Below, piece by piece: positions 8,562 to 17,185 of a stretch of 64,000 bases of DNA. The notes under the pieces are model-generated. The model was not told the origin of the DNA and made no database searches. It saw only the letters and a list, made by a program, of their open reading frames with translations. A program made the position numbers and the translations under genes. Origin of the DNA: Bacteroidota bacterium (GTDB taxonomy: Bacteria > Bacteroidota > Bacteroidia > Sphingobacteriales > Sphingobacteriaceae); the NCBI GenBank assembly GCA_013288485.1, contig JABDBW010000001.1:8923-72922 (forward strand). The letters are read 5' to 3'. Numbering within the stretch: position 1 is the first letter of the stretch; each line of letters opens with the position of its first letter.

Positions 8562-9038
8562 TTACTCCAAAGTAATTTGCCTTTTAATGCTTTCTTCTAA
8601 TGATATGAAGGTTTCGGTACGCTGTATGCCTTTTACGCCTTGTATCTGTTCATTCAATACTTCGCGCAAATGAGTGGTATCATGGCAGATTATTTTTGCG
8701 AAAATACTGTAGCTACCTGTGGTATAATGCAGTTCAACTATCTCATTTACAGTTTTTAACTGCTTTACAGCTTCGTTGTACTGCGAACCCTTTTCAAGGA
8801 ATATCCCCAGGAAGGCGGTGATATCATACCCTAATTTCTGCGGATCTACTTCCAAACTGGCCCCCTTTATTACACCCATTTCTTCCAACTTTTTCATCCG
8901 CACATGTATAGTTCCGCCGGAAACGATCAATTCTTTGGCGATTTCGGTGTATGGAGTGGTCGCATTTTTCATCAATATTGATAAAATCTGGATATCCAGA
9001 TTATCAATTTCTAAATTTTGAGCTTTTCTGTGGGACAT
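8562..9038 (-). CDS. asnC: Lrp/AsnC family transcriptional regulator (AsnC-like)
   Basis: IDNLDIQIL…TPYTEIAKELIVSGGTIHVRMKKLEEMGVI HTH; C-terminal HYTTGSYSIF…IQGVKGIQRTETFISL, close to E. coli AsnC. Confidence 0.88.
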   Translation of the reverse strand: MSHRKAQNLEIDNLDIQILSILMKNATTPYTEIAKELIVSGGTIHVRMKKLEEMGVIKGASLEVDPQKLGYDITAFLGIFLEKGSQYNEAVKQLKTVNEIVELHYTTGSYSIFAKIICHDTTHLREVLNEQIQGVKGIQRTETFISLEESIKRQITLE

Positions 9039-9111
9039 AAATTTGAATATCTATATTGAAATACAAGTATAATTATAATTTGAATAAAAATAAAATATTT
9101 TTGTTGAAATA

Positions 9112-9143
9112 TTTGCAAGGAATTGATAGTCCTGTTATGTTTG
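9112..9143 (+). promoter_or_regulatory. Bacteroidota housekeeping promoter driving the tRNA-like transcript
   Basis: TTTG (9112-9115) - 20 nt - TATGTTTG (9136-9143), the -33/-7 consensus. Confidence 0.7.
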
Positions 9144-9199
9144 TAATAAGCAAACGGACCTAAAACGCTTAACTGTTCTTTAAAAAAATAACAACATAA

Positions 9200-9311
9200 T
9201 GTTGGGTGGTGAAATTTTTGGCAGACACACCTCCTTGTCCCGGTGGCGGAGAATATGGAAAACCCGAAGCGGGCTAACCACTCTGTGGAGGTTCGAATCC
9301 TTCCCCAACAG
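9200..9311 (+). ncRNA. tRNA-like RNA copy 1 (GUC anticodon, 40-nt variable arm, 112 nt)
   Basis: Acceptor TGTTGGG/CCCAACA+G; D arm GTG-AAATTTTTGGCAGA-CAC; AC arm CCTCC-TTGTCCC-GGTGG; T arm GGAGG-TTCGAAT-CCTTC; no encoded CCA. Confidence 0.8.
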
Positions 9312-9335
9312 CAATTCACTGGCGTGAATATATAA

Positions 9336-9451
9336 TGTAGGATGGTGAAATTTTTGGCAGACACACCTCCTCGTCGCGGTGGCGGAGATCATGGGAAACT
9401 CTTAGCAATAAGAATAACCACTCTGTGGAGGTTCGACTCCTTCTCCTACAG
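9336..9451 (+). ncRNA. tRNA-like RNA copy 2 (GUC anticodon, 44-nt variable arm, 116 nt)
   Basis: Acceptor TGTAGGA/TCCTACA+G (two compensatory changes vs copy 1); same D arm; loop TCGTCGC; T arm GGAGG-TTCGACT-CCTTC. Confidence 0.8.
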
Positions 9452-9483
9452 CTCTTCTCAATAATTTAGGTTTATAATTGGTT

Positions 9484-9521
9484 AGCAAAGGCCCCTGCCC
9501 ATCAGGGGCTTTGCTTGTTTT
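9484..9521 (+). terminator. Intrinsic terminator closing the tRNA-like transcript
   Basis: agcaaaggcccctg-cccat-caggggctttgct followed by tgtttt. Confidence 0.75.
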
Positions 9522-9652
9522 ATGCCTTTTCTGAAAAAGATTACAGCTTTTTAATATCGAATAATGAATGTTGAATTTCGAACGCCGAAGTTGAATAGTG
9601 ATCAAATTGAAAATATTTCATTATTAGAAATTCGTGTTCTATATTATCCAAC

Positions 9653-9683
9653 AAAAAAGCCCCGGCAAACAGCGGGGCTTTTT
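9653..9683. terminator. Bidirectional-type terminator downstream of the porin-family gene
   Basis: aaaaaagccccg-gcaaacag-cggggcttttt. Confidence 0.75.
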
Positions 9684-9724
9684 AACGTTTCAACTTTCCA
9701 ACATTTCAACCTTACAACAAATAA

Positions 9725-10303
9725 TTAAAAAAACTTAAACCCAACGCTCAACGCCCACAGGTTTTGATGCTGGTTATAGGTAGTGTTAAAATTATCAAAA
9801 TCGCCCTGGTAACGCAGGTCTACAGTGGCTGCGCCCAGGTCAACGCCTGCACCTGCCTGGTAACCCAGCATATCTTTTCTATAAGCATTACCGAAGTTAT
9901 TGTAGGCCCCGTTAAAATTAGCAGATAAGTTTTGATTTTGATTTAATACTGAAATATATTCGGGACCGGCCATAACCCTGAAATTTAAATTTTTAGGGCC
10001 AAACCGTAATCCTACCAATACGGGAACATTTAAATCGGTAAAAGTTACTTTTCCGCTATAAGTATTGTCATTCGAATCAAATTGGCCGCCACTGCTGCTT
10101 AAATAAACTTCAGGCTGTAAATAAACCGCGCCGCCTATACGCGCAAATAAACCGGCCTGGTAACCGGCCACACTTGAAGATCGCAAATTATCAGAATTAA
10201 TAGTTGAATAGTTAACGCCCCCTTTTATGCCGAGGCTAAATTGCGCTTTAGCGCCGATGCTTACCGCTATCAGCAGCAATACGCTTAATACATACTTTTT
10301 CAT
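9725..10303 (-). CDS. Porin family / outer-membrane beta-barrel protein
   Basis: Signal peptide (…AKAQ), GIKGGVNY, YLQPEVY, DLRY, C-terminal SVGFKFF beta-signal. Confidence 0.88.
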   Translation of the reverse strand: MKKYVLSVLLLIAVSIGAKAQFSLGIKGGVNYSTINSDNLRSSSVAGYQAGLFARIGGAVYLQPEVYLSSSGGQFDSNDNTYSGKVTFTDLNVPVLVGLRFGPKNLNFRVMAGPEYISVLNQNQNLSANFNGAYNNFGNAYRKDMLGYQAGAGVDLGAATVDLRYQGDFDNFNTTYNQHQNLWALSVGFKFF

Positions 10304-10387
10304 AGTGTTTGTTATTTAGTTTTATAATAATAACGACTTTGATGCACGTCATTACTAAAGGTTTAACAATAGCTGTACCAATTTTTT

Positions 10388-10507
10388 AGCCCCCTCTAAA
10401 TCTCCCCCGGTAGGGGAGACTTTAAATTATCGTATCAGGACGAATGCTTTCACTTATTGGAAAGTCAAAAAGTCTCCCCCAACCGGGGGGAGATTTAGAG
10501 GGGGGCT
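10388..10507. repeat. REP-like palindromic element (CCCCCTCTAAATCTCCCCC family)
   Basis: agccccctctaaatctcccccggtaggggagacttt … aaagtctcccccaaccggggggagatttagaggggggct. Confidence 0.8.
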
Positions 10508-10602
10508 GCGGCATGGCAGGTAAATAGATTTATTATTTAATCCGAAAGTTTGATGCCGGAGCAACATTGTTTTTTTATATTTTTGGCAAAAATATTTTAA
10601 CA

Positions 10603-10818
10603 ATGGCAGAGATCAGTATTACAAATAAGGAGTGGGAAAGAGTAAAAATTAAGATACAAAGAAAATATAACCACTTGACAGACCATGAATTAAACTATAC
10701 CGAGGGACAGGAAGAAGCCCTTATAAGCAACCTGATGCACCTGGTTAACCGTAACCGTAGTTATGTGGTATTTACCCTGAAAAAAGCATTAGTAAATATT
10801 GACAATAATAGGCTGTAA
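10603..10818 (+). CDS. CsbD/YjbJ-like small general-stress protein
   Basis: WERVKIKIQRKYNHLTDHELNYTEGQEEALISNL resembles CsbD pattern W..KGK.K.KW..LTDDDL….G..E.L; ATG 10603. Confidence 0.6.
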   Translation: MAEISITNKEWERVKIKIQRKYNHLTDHELNYTEGQEEALISNLMHLVNRNRSYVVFTLKKALVNIDNNRL

Positions 10819-10892
10819 AATCAGTTAACTATTTTATAAACTGTTTTTTGTATTTTTATGTTTTAAGGTCAATTTTAATGAAAAGTGGTACA

Positions 10893-12635
10893 ATGAAGAA
10901 ATATAAAAAGTTCCTGCTATCTGCCGGATTAATGGCGCTGGCATTGGGTATTTGGAGTTTTAGCGACGACCTGTTCCAGATATCAAAAAACCTGGAAGTG
11001 TTTGCATCCTTATATAAAGAGGTAAATATTAACTATGTTGATGAAATTAATTCGGCTAAGCTGCTTAAAACGGGTGCTGATGCCATGCTTGACGGCCTTG
11101 ACCCTTATACCGAATTTGTACCCGAATCGGAAATTGAAGATTATAAACTACATTATGTAAGTACACAATACGGCGGTATTGGCGCGAGTATTTTTTCAAG
11201 GAACAATAAAGTATATGTTTCCAACGTGTTTGAAGGTTATCCTGCCCAAAAAGCGGATATATGGCCGGGCGACCAGGTGATGAAGATCAATGATATTGTA
11301 CTTGACGGCAAGAACAGCGACCAGGTAAGCGCATTACTGAAAGGCTCGAAAGGCGCGATGGTAAAGCTGTTAGTTAAGCGCGATAACGAAGACAAGCCTG
11401 TTGAAAAAGACCTGGTACGCGATGAAATTAAACAGCCCAATGTATCTTATTATGGTATGGTTGCCGGCAATATGGGCTATATAAAGCTGGACAGGTTTTT
11501 AGAAAACTCGGCTGATGAAGTGACCAGTGCGCTGATCGCTTTAAAAAAGAACAACCCTAACGGCATTATACTCGACCTGCGCTCAAACGGCGGCGGCATA
11601 TTGCAGGAAGCGGTAAAAATTGTAAACCTGTTTGTGCAAAAGGATGTGGAAATAGTATCGCAAAAAGGAAAAATAAAAGAGAAAAATTTTACTTACAAAA
11701 CAATGGCCGACCCGCTTGCGGCTGATTTGCCGTTGACGGTGCTGGTAAACAGCCATTCGGCATCAGCTTCCGAGATCGTAGCCGGCTCGTTACAGGACCT
11801 TGACCGGGCCATAATTATTGGGCAGCGAAGCTATGGCAAGGGCCTGGTACAACAAACATTTACATTGCCTTATAATAGCTTGGTAAAAATAACTATCGCT
11901 AAATACTACGTTCCTTCGGGCAGGTGCATACAGGAAATTGATTACACGCACCGCAAAGATGACGGCAGCGTAGTAAAAGTTGCCGACTCATTAATGCACG
12001 AATTTAAAACTAAAGATGGCCGTTCTGTTTATGATGGCAGTGGCATTTACCCTGATATTTTTATTAAACCCGAGCGGTTTGCCAATGTTACGCAGACATT
12101 AATAGGCAAATTATTTTTATTTGATTATGCAACAAAATACCGCGAGACACACCCAAAGATCGGCGATAGCCGCACGTTTGCTTTAACTGATGCCGAGTAT
12201 GACGATTTTGTGAAATACCTTGCCGATAAAAATTATACCTATAACACTTCATCTGAAAAAGTATTGGCGACTTTAAAAACCGAAGCTACCAAGGAAAAAC
12301 AATTTGACCAGATACAAACCGAGTACGATGTTTTAAAAACCAAGTTGTTGAACAGCAAGAAAAACGATCTGCAAATACATAAAGCCGAAATAAAACAGGC
12401 ACTTGAAAATGAAATAGTTTCGCGTTATTATTTTGATAAAGGCCGTTACGAAGCCAACTTTAAGTATGATACCGAAATGGCGCAGGCCGTAAAAACCATG
12501 CAGGACAAAACCCAGCTTACCGCCATATTAAAGGGCGACGGAGCTTATAAAGTAATAGGTAAGCCCGTGTTGGCGGCAATGGCCGATAAAACAACAGCCG
12601 ATAAAGAAAAAGATAAAACCGAAGAATTTAAATAA
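10893..12635 (+). CDS. S41 family carboxy-terminal processing protease
   Basis: LDPYT, PDZ GGIGA, LDLRSNGGG, SASASEIVAG, SYGKGLVQ; start uncertain (10848/10878/10893). Confidence 0.93.
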   Translation: MKKYKKFLLSAGLMALALGIWSFSDDLFQISKNLEVFASLYKEVNINYVDEINSAKLLKTGADAMLDGLDPYTEFVPESEIEDYKLHYVSTQYGGIGASIFSRNNKVYVSNVFEGYPAQKADIWPGDQVMKINDIVLDGKNSDQVSALLKGSKGAMVKLLVKRDNEDKPVEKDLVRDEIKQPNVSYYGMVAGNMGYIKLDRFLENSADEVTSALIALKKNNPNGIILDLRSNGGGILQEAVKIVNLFVQKDVEIVSQKGKIKEKNFTYKTMADPLAADLPLTVLVNSHSASASEIVAGSLQDLDRAIIIGQRSYGKGLVQQTFTLPYNSLVKITIAKYYVPSGRCIQEIDYTHRKDDGSVVKVADSLMHEFKTKDGRSVYDGSGIYPDIFIKPERFANVTQTLIGKLFLFDYATKYRETHPKIGDSRTFALTDAEYDDFVKYLADKNYTYNTSSEKVLATLKTEATKEKQFDQIQTEYDVLKTKLLNSKKNDLQIHKAEIKQALENEIVSRYYFDKGRYEANFKYDTEMAQAVKTMQDKTQLTAILKGDGAYKVIGKPVLAAMADKTTADKEKDKTEEFK

Positions 12636-12655
12636 AAAAGTACGATATAAGAATT

Positions 12656-12690
12656 AAGGGCGAAGGGGTATCTACCCTTCGCTTTTTTTT
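12656..12690 (+). terminator. Intrinsic terminator
   Basis: gcgaaggg-gtatcta-cccttcgc followed by T8. Confidence 0.75.
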
Positions 12691-12802
12691 GCCATTTTCA
12701 TTCCCACGATCATATCGCTATTCCTCTTTGCAATAACTATGATGAAAAATAAAGTAAACTTTTATTGATTACGATTGTCTTAGTTTAAATTAAAAACAAA
12801 TT

Positions 12803-13315
12803 ATGAAAAAGATCATCCTAACAGCAGCCATATTAATTGGTTGTTTATCATTTAAAGCTGCCGATGCACAATTACGCATTAACCTCGGATTTAACATTGG
12901 CGCTCAGCCCGAATGGGGGCCCGTAGGTTATACCCATGCTGAATATTATTATATGCCTGATATTGATGCTTATTATGATGTACCCAATCATCAATACGTT
13001 TATAATCAGAACAATGTATGGGTACGTTCAAGCGCTTTGCCCCCAAGATACCAGAATTATGACTTGTATCACGGCTATAAAGTGGTTGTTAACCAGCCCA
13101 ACCCATGGCAGCACAATGCGGAGATAAGGGCAAAATATTCAGGTTACAAAGGGCGTCATGATCAGCCGATCATTCGTGAAAGCCATGACGAGCGTTACCG
13201 TAATCATTGGAATGGCGATCGTGGTAACAATGGTAATGGCCACGGCAATAACGGCCACGATAACGGTAAAGGCAATGACGGCCATGACAATGGACACGGA
13301 CATGACAATAAATAA
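12803..13315 (+). CDS. Secreted hypothetical protein with Tyr-rich core and G/N/H/D low-complexity tail
   Basis: Signal peptide …ADAQ, QPEWGPVGY…YYYMPDIDAYYDV, tail GNNGNGHGNNGHDNG…. Confidence 0.85.
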   Translation: MKKIILTAAILIGCLSFKAADAQLRINLGFNIGAQPEWGPVGYTHAEYYYMPDIDAYYDVPNHQYVYNQNNVWVRSSALPPRYQNYDLYHGYKVVVNQPNPWQHNAEIRAKYSGYKGRHDQPIIRESHDERYRNHWNGDRGNNGNGHGNNGHDNGKGNDGHDNGHGHDNK

Positions 13316-13466
13316 ATTATAATCATCCCGATTGTTATCGGGACGCAAACAGAGCAGGCTTTTCAGTAATGAAGAGCCTGTTTTGTTTTGACCTTGCCCA
13401 GCACATACTAAACCTTTAACCTTTTGCCTTTTACCTTTCACCTCTAAAACGTACTTTTGATGCAGC

Positions 13467-14225
13467 ATGGCTACAGGCAATAAACTTTATTTCGCGTCCG
13501 ATTTTCATTTAGGCACAGGTGGTTATGCCGCGAGCCGCGAGCGTGAAGCACGACTGGTGCGCTGGCTGGATATGATAAAAGCTGATGCAGCAGAAGTTTT
13601 TTTAATGGGCGATGTTTTTGATTTTTGGTTCGAATATAAAACTGTTGTACCTAAAGGGTATATCCGTTTTTTAGGCAAGCTGGCCGAACTGGCTGATGCC
13701 GGGATAAAAATTTACCTGTTTAAAGGTAATCACGATATGTGGATGTTTGATTACTTTGAGCAGGAACTGGGCGCTACAATTATCACTAATGAATTAGAAA
13801 TAGAACGCGGCGGAAAGAAATTCTACCTGCATCATGGCGATGGGTTAGGACCGGGCGATACGCTATATAAAGTTATAAAGACGATATTTCGCAGTAAAAT
13901 ATGCCAGTGGCTATTTGCCCGGCTGCATCCAAACCTGGGCGTAGGGATAGCGAATTACTGGTCGAAACATAGCCGTATAGCCGGCGAAAACAATGAAAAG
14001 CGAAAAAGCATGGAGAAAGAGTGGCTGGTAGTTTACAGCCGGGAATTACTGAAAGATAAATTTTATGATTATTTAATATTTGGCCACCGCCACCTGCCTC
14101 TTGATATACAGGTGGACCAAAGCCGCTATATAAACTTAGGGGAATGGGTAAATTTTGATTCGTACGCTGTTTTTGACGGGGGGCAATTAACCTTGCAGTA
14201 TTTTGAGAAAAAAGCCGAAAGCTAA
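13467..14225 (+). CDS. lpxH: UDP-2,3-diacylglucosamine diphosphatase (metallophosphoesterase)
   Basis: SDFHLG, MGDVFDFW, GNHD, HHGDG, FGHRH, NLGEW motifs. Confidence 0.85.
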   Translation: MATGNKLYFASDFHLGTGGYAASREREARLVRWLDMIKADAAEVFLMGDVFDFWFEYKTVVPKGYIRFLGKLAELADAGIKIYLFKGNHDMWMFDYFEQELGATIITNELEIERGGKKFYLHHGDGLGPGDTLYKVIKTIFRSKICQWLFARLHPNLGVGIANYWSKHSRIAGENNEKRKSMEKEWLVVYSRELLKDKFYDYLIFGHRHLPLDIQVDQSRYINLGEWVNFDSYAVFDGGQLTLQYFEKKAES

Positions 14226-14327
14226 AAGCAGAAGGCTTTGTCATAACACTTTCAATATTTTAATTGTTGCGGGTAGTTTAGCTGTAGAGCTTTCGGCTTT
14301 CCGCCTTTAGCTTTCGGCTTATGCTTT
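14210..14327. repeat. Inverted heptamer tandem repeat (AAAGCCG/AAAGCTA … GCTTTCG)
   Basis: aaagccgaaagctaaaagcagaaggc … gctttcggctttccgcctttagctttcggcttatgcttt; left arm overlaps lpxH last codons and stop. Confidence 0.75.
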
Positions 14328-14396
14328 AAAATCCGTATTTTTGTGCGCTTTTTAAAGCAGGGCAGTTAATAGGTGCCCTATTGATAAAACAGAAAT

Positions 14397-15470
14397 ATGT
14401 TAGAAAAATTAGAGGCGATATTTCAACGCTGGAAAGATGTGGAAGCAGAATTAAGCAGCCCCGATGTAATGGCTGATATGAAGCGTTATGCACAGTTAAA
14501 TAAAGAATATAAAGATTTGGCCAAAGTTGTTGACGAGTATAATATATACCGCAACATTATGAGCAATATTGACACCAACAAAGATATATTAGCTACCGAG
14601 AAGGACGATGAGTTTCGCGAAATGGCGAAAGCCGAACTGGATGAATTGCTGGTACAGCGTGATGAAAAAGAGGAGCATATACGCCTGATGCTGATACCGA
14701 AAGATCCCGAAGATTCGAAAAACGCCATAGTGGAGATACGTGGTGGTACCGGGGGCGATGAAGCCTCGATATTTGCAGGCGATTTGTACCGTATGTATAT
14801 GCGCTACTGCGAAAAACGCGGCTGGAAAACCGAGTTGGTTGATTATACCGAAGGTACGGCAGGCGGATACAAGGAAATTGTATTTAACGTTATTGCCGAA
14901 GATGCCTACGGAACATTGAAATATGAATCGGGTGTACACCGGGTACAGCGTGTGCCCGATACCGAAACACAGGGGCGCGTACATACCTCGGCAGCATCGG
15001 TAGTGGTATTGCCCGAAGTTGACGAGTTTGATATTGTATTGAATCCTGCTGATATACGCAAGGACCTTTTCTGTTCGTCAGGGCCGGGCGGGCAATCTGT
15101 AAATACAACCTACTCTGCGGTTAGGCTTACGCATATCCCCACAGGGCTGGTGGCGCAATGCCAGGATCAAAAATCGCAGCTTAAAAACTTTGATAAAGCC
15201 TTACAGGTATTACGTTCAAGGGTATATGAGCTTGAACTGCAAAAACACCTGGAAGAAGCCTCCAAAAGGCGCAAAACCATGGTTGCCACCGGCGACCGTT
15301 CGGCAAAGGTACGTACCTATAATTATCCGCAGGGGCGCCTTACCGAGCACCGTATAGGCTTAACCATTTATAACTTGGCCGAAGTAATGAACGGCAACAT
15401 ACAGGAAATAATGGAAGCCCTGCAATTCGCCGAAAATGCCGAGAAATTGAAAGAGGGTACGGTGGCGTAA
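14397..15470 (+). CDS. prfA: Peptide chain release factor 1
   Basis: [14 protein letters not shown] (PxT), [17 protein letters not shown]. Confidence 0.97.
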   Translation: MLEKLEAIFQRWKDVEAELSSPDVMADMKRYAQLNKEYKDLAKVVDEYNIYRNIMSNIDTNKDILATEKDDEFREMAKAELDELLVQRDEKEEHIRLMLIPKDPEDSKNAIVEIRGGTGGDEASIFAGDLYRMYMRYCEKRGWKTELVDYTEGTAGGYKEIVFNVIAEDAYGTLKYESGVHRVQRVPDTETQGRVHTSAASVVVLPEVDEFDIVLNPADIRKDLFCSSGPGGQSVNTTYSAVRLTHIPTGLVAQCQDQKSQLKNFDKALQVLRSRVYELELQKHLEEASKRRKTMVATGDRSAKVRTYNYPQGRLTEHRIGLTIYNLAEVMNGNIQEIMEALQFAENAEKLKEGTVA

Positions 15471-15473
15471 TTG

Positions 15474-15630
15474 ATGTGCAGATGTGCGTATGTGCAAATG
15501 CATTTGATGTGCAGATGCGCAAATATGCAGATGTGCAAATGATTCGAATTTCTTATCTTATCGCCCTCCCGTAATATAAATACCATACCCACTTATCCGC
15601 ACATCTGCACACCCGCACATTTTTACATTT
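15474..15630. repeat. Inverted octamer tandem repeat (ATGTGCAG … GCACATCT)
   Basis: About eight degenerate ATGTGCAR units, then inverted cgcacatctgcacacccgcacattt. Confidence 0.75.
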
Positions 15631-15681
15631 ATAACAATCCGCTTTTCATGTTAATTTCATAAAAGGCGGCTACTTTAGGCG

Positions 15682-16632
15682 TTGGATATAAATGATTGCG
15701 GTATGCTGGCTTTAAATAAGGTATTAGCGAATAATTTAACTGTTTACAGGCGCGAAATGCGTTTGATGGGAAACAAGTTTGAAATTAGCGTGGTGGGAAA
15801 TGATCCTGTTTGGGCAGGCGAAAAAATTAACAGCGCGATAACCGAAATTAACCGTGTTGAAAAACTGCTCAGCACCTTCAGCGAAGATAGCGAGGTTAAC
15901 GCCATAAACCGTAATGCAGGCATAAAACCTGTAAAAGTAAGCGCCGAAATTTTCAAACTTATAGACCGTTCCTTGCAAATATCTGAACTTACTTACGGTG
16001 CGTTTGATATTACTTATTACTCGGGCTATAAAACCGATGCTCACCAGGATAATGATACAGCAATAAGCTCATACACCATAGTTAATTACAAAGATGTTGT
16101 GCTTGACGCGACAGCCACCACCGTATTTTTAAAGGAAAAAGGTATGCGCATAGGCTTTGGCGCTAACAGTAAAGGCTACGCGGCCGACAGGGCTAAATAT
16201 ATATTGCAAACAGAGGGTGTAAGTAATGGCGTTATTAATGCCGGCGGCGATCTGCTAAGCTGGGGCCTGCAACCTGACATGGAGCCCTGGACAGTTGCCG
16301 CTGCCGATCCGCGCCAGCAAAACCAGCCATTTGCCGATTTGGATATTAGTAATATGGCTGTTGCTACATCAGTTAATGCCGAAAAATATGCCACTATTAA
16401 CGATAAAAAATCGGGCGCCCCTAAACCTAAGAACGGATTTACAGTAAGCGAAATTAAAAGTGTAAGCATACTAAGCCCTACTGCTGAATTTGCCGACGCG
16501 ATGGCTACGCCTGTAATGACAATAGGTGTTAATGCCGGTATGTATTTAATAAACCAGTTAAACCAAATAGGTTGTGTAATAATTGACGACCACAACCGCG
16601 TATATCCTTCAAAAGGTATTAACATCGCATAA
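15682..16632 (+). CDS. apbE: FAD:protein FMN transferase (ApbE) homolog, degenerate motifs
   Basis: LMGNKF, SEVNAIN, GAFDIT, KGYAAD, NAGGDL, ADAMAT; lacks signal peptide and SGxY/HIxDP motifs. Confidence 0.8.
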   Translation: MDINDCGMLALNKVLANNLTVYRREMRLMGNKFEISVVGNDPVWAGEKINSAITEINRVEKLLSTFSEDSEVNAINRNAGIKPVKVSAEIFKLIDRSLQISELTYGAFDITYYSGYKTDAHQDNDTAISSYTIVNYKDVVLDATATTVFLKEKGMRIGFGANSKGYAADRAKYILQTEGVSNGVINAGGDLLSWGLQPDMEPWTVAAADPRQQNQPFADLDISNMAVATSVNAEKYATINDKKSGAPKPKNGFTVSEIKSVSILSPTAEFADAMATPVMTIGVNAGMYLINQLNQIGCVIIDDHNRVYPSKGINIA

Positions 16633-16822
16633 TTACCCCGGCCCATTTAAATTAGTATAACTTTTTTTATACCGGAAACGGCATATTATTGATTGTGCTT
16701 CATGAAATCCTTTTTAATATAAATTATAAACACAATTACTATAAATTTAGAAACTGCTCTCCTGTAGTTACCTGTTTAATTAACCGATATTTGAAAAAAG
16801 TTTTACAAATCCCTTCTGCTCA

Positions 16823-17158
16823 ATGTTAAAGCGGCTTGCATATATTGTATTGTTGTTGATATTTGCACAAAGCTTATCATCCGCTAAAATAAGGACGGCT
16901 CACCGCGATCTTGTTAAAAGTCATGATGTGCCGCTTATTATATTACTACAGGTACCAAAGGATACAACAAATTCAAAAAAACATCAGCAGGAAGAAAAGA
17001 TCAAAGAAATATCAAAAGCCAAGCGGCAGTCGAAACCAGAAAAGATAGGGGAAACGGATAATATACCGGGCCAGAAAGATAAACCCAAACCAAAAAGGCA
17101 ACGCAGGCCCGAAGGTTTGGAACGCCCGCCTGAAATACCAAGAAGAAATGGCAGTTAA
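16823..17158 (+). CDS. Secreted basic low-complexity hypothetical protein
   Basis: Signal peptide, KIKEISKAKRQSKPEK, RQRRPEGLERPPEIPRR. Confidence 0.7.
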   Translation: MLKRLAYIVLLLIFAQSLSSAKIRTAHRDLVKSHDVPLIILLQVPKDTTNSKKHQQEEKIKEISKAKRQSKPEKIGETDNIPGQKDKPKPKRQRRPEGLERPPEIPRRNGS

Positions 17159-17185
17159 CCTTTTAAACTAAATTGCTCATATTAA

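Noticed and set aside
9200-9451. CRISPR array, tRNA-Sec or ordinary tRNA-Leu/Asp interpretation of the tandem repeat
   Set aside because: Only two >110-nt units, no spacers or cas genes; anticodon is GUC, not UCA; arm lengths and anticodon-stem mismatch do not fit canonical tRNAs
9011-9605. Minus-strand ORFs 9011-9364, 9180-9392, 9402-9605
   Set aside because: Antisense translations of the structured RNAs and repeats; no protein-like features
14397-15470. Programmed frameshift in the release factor
   Set aside because: PxT motif identifies RF1; ORF is continuous
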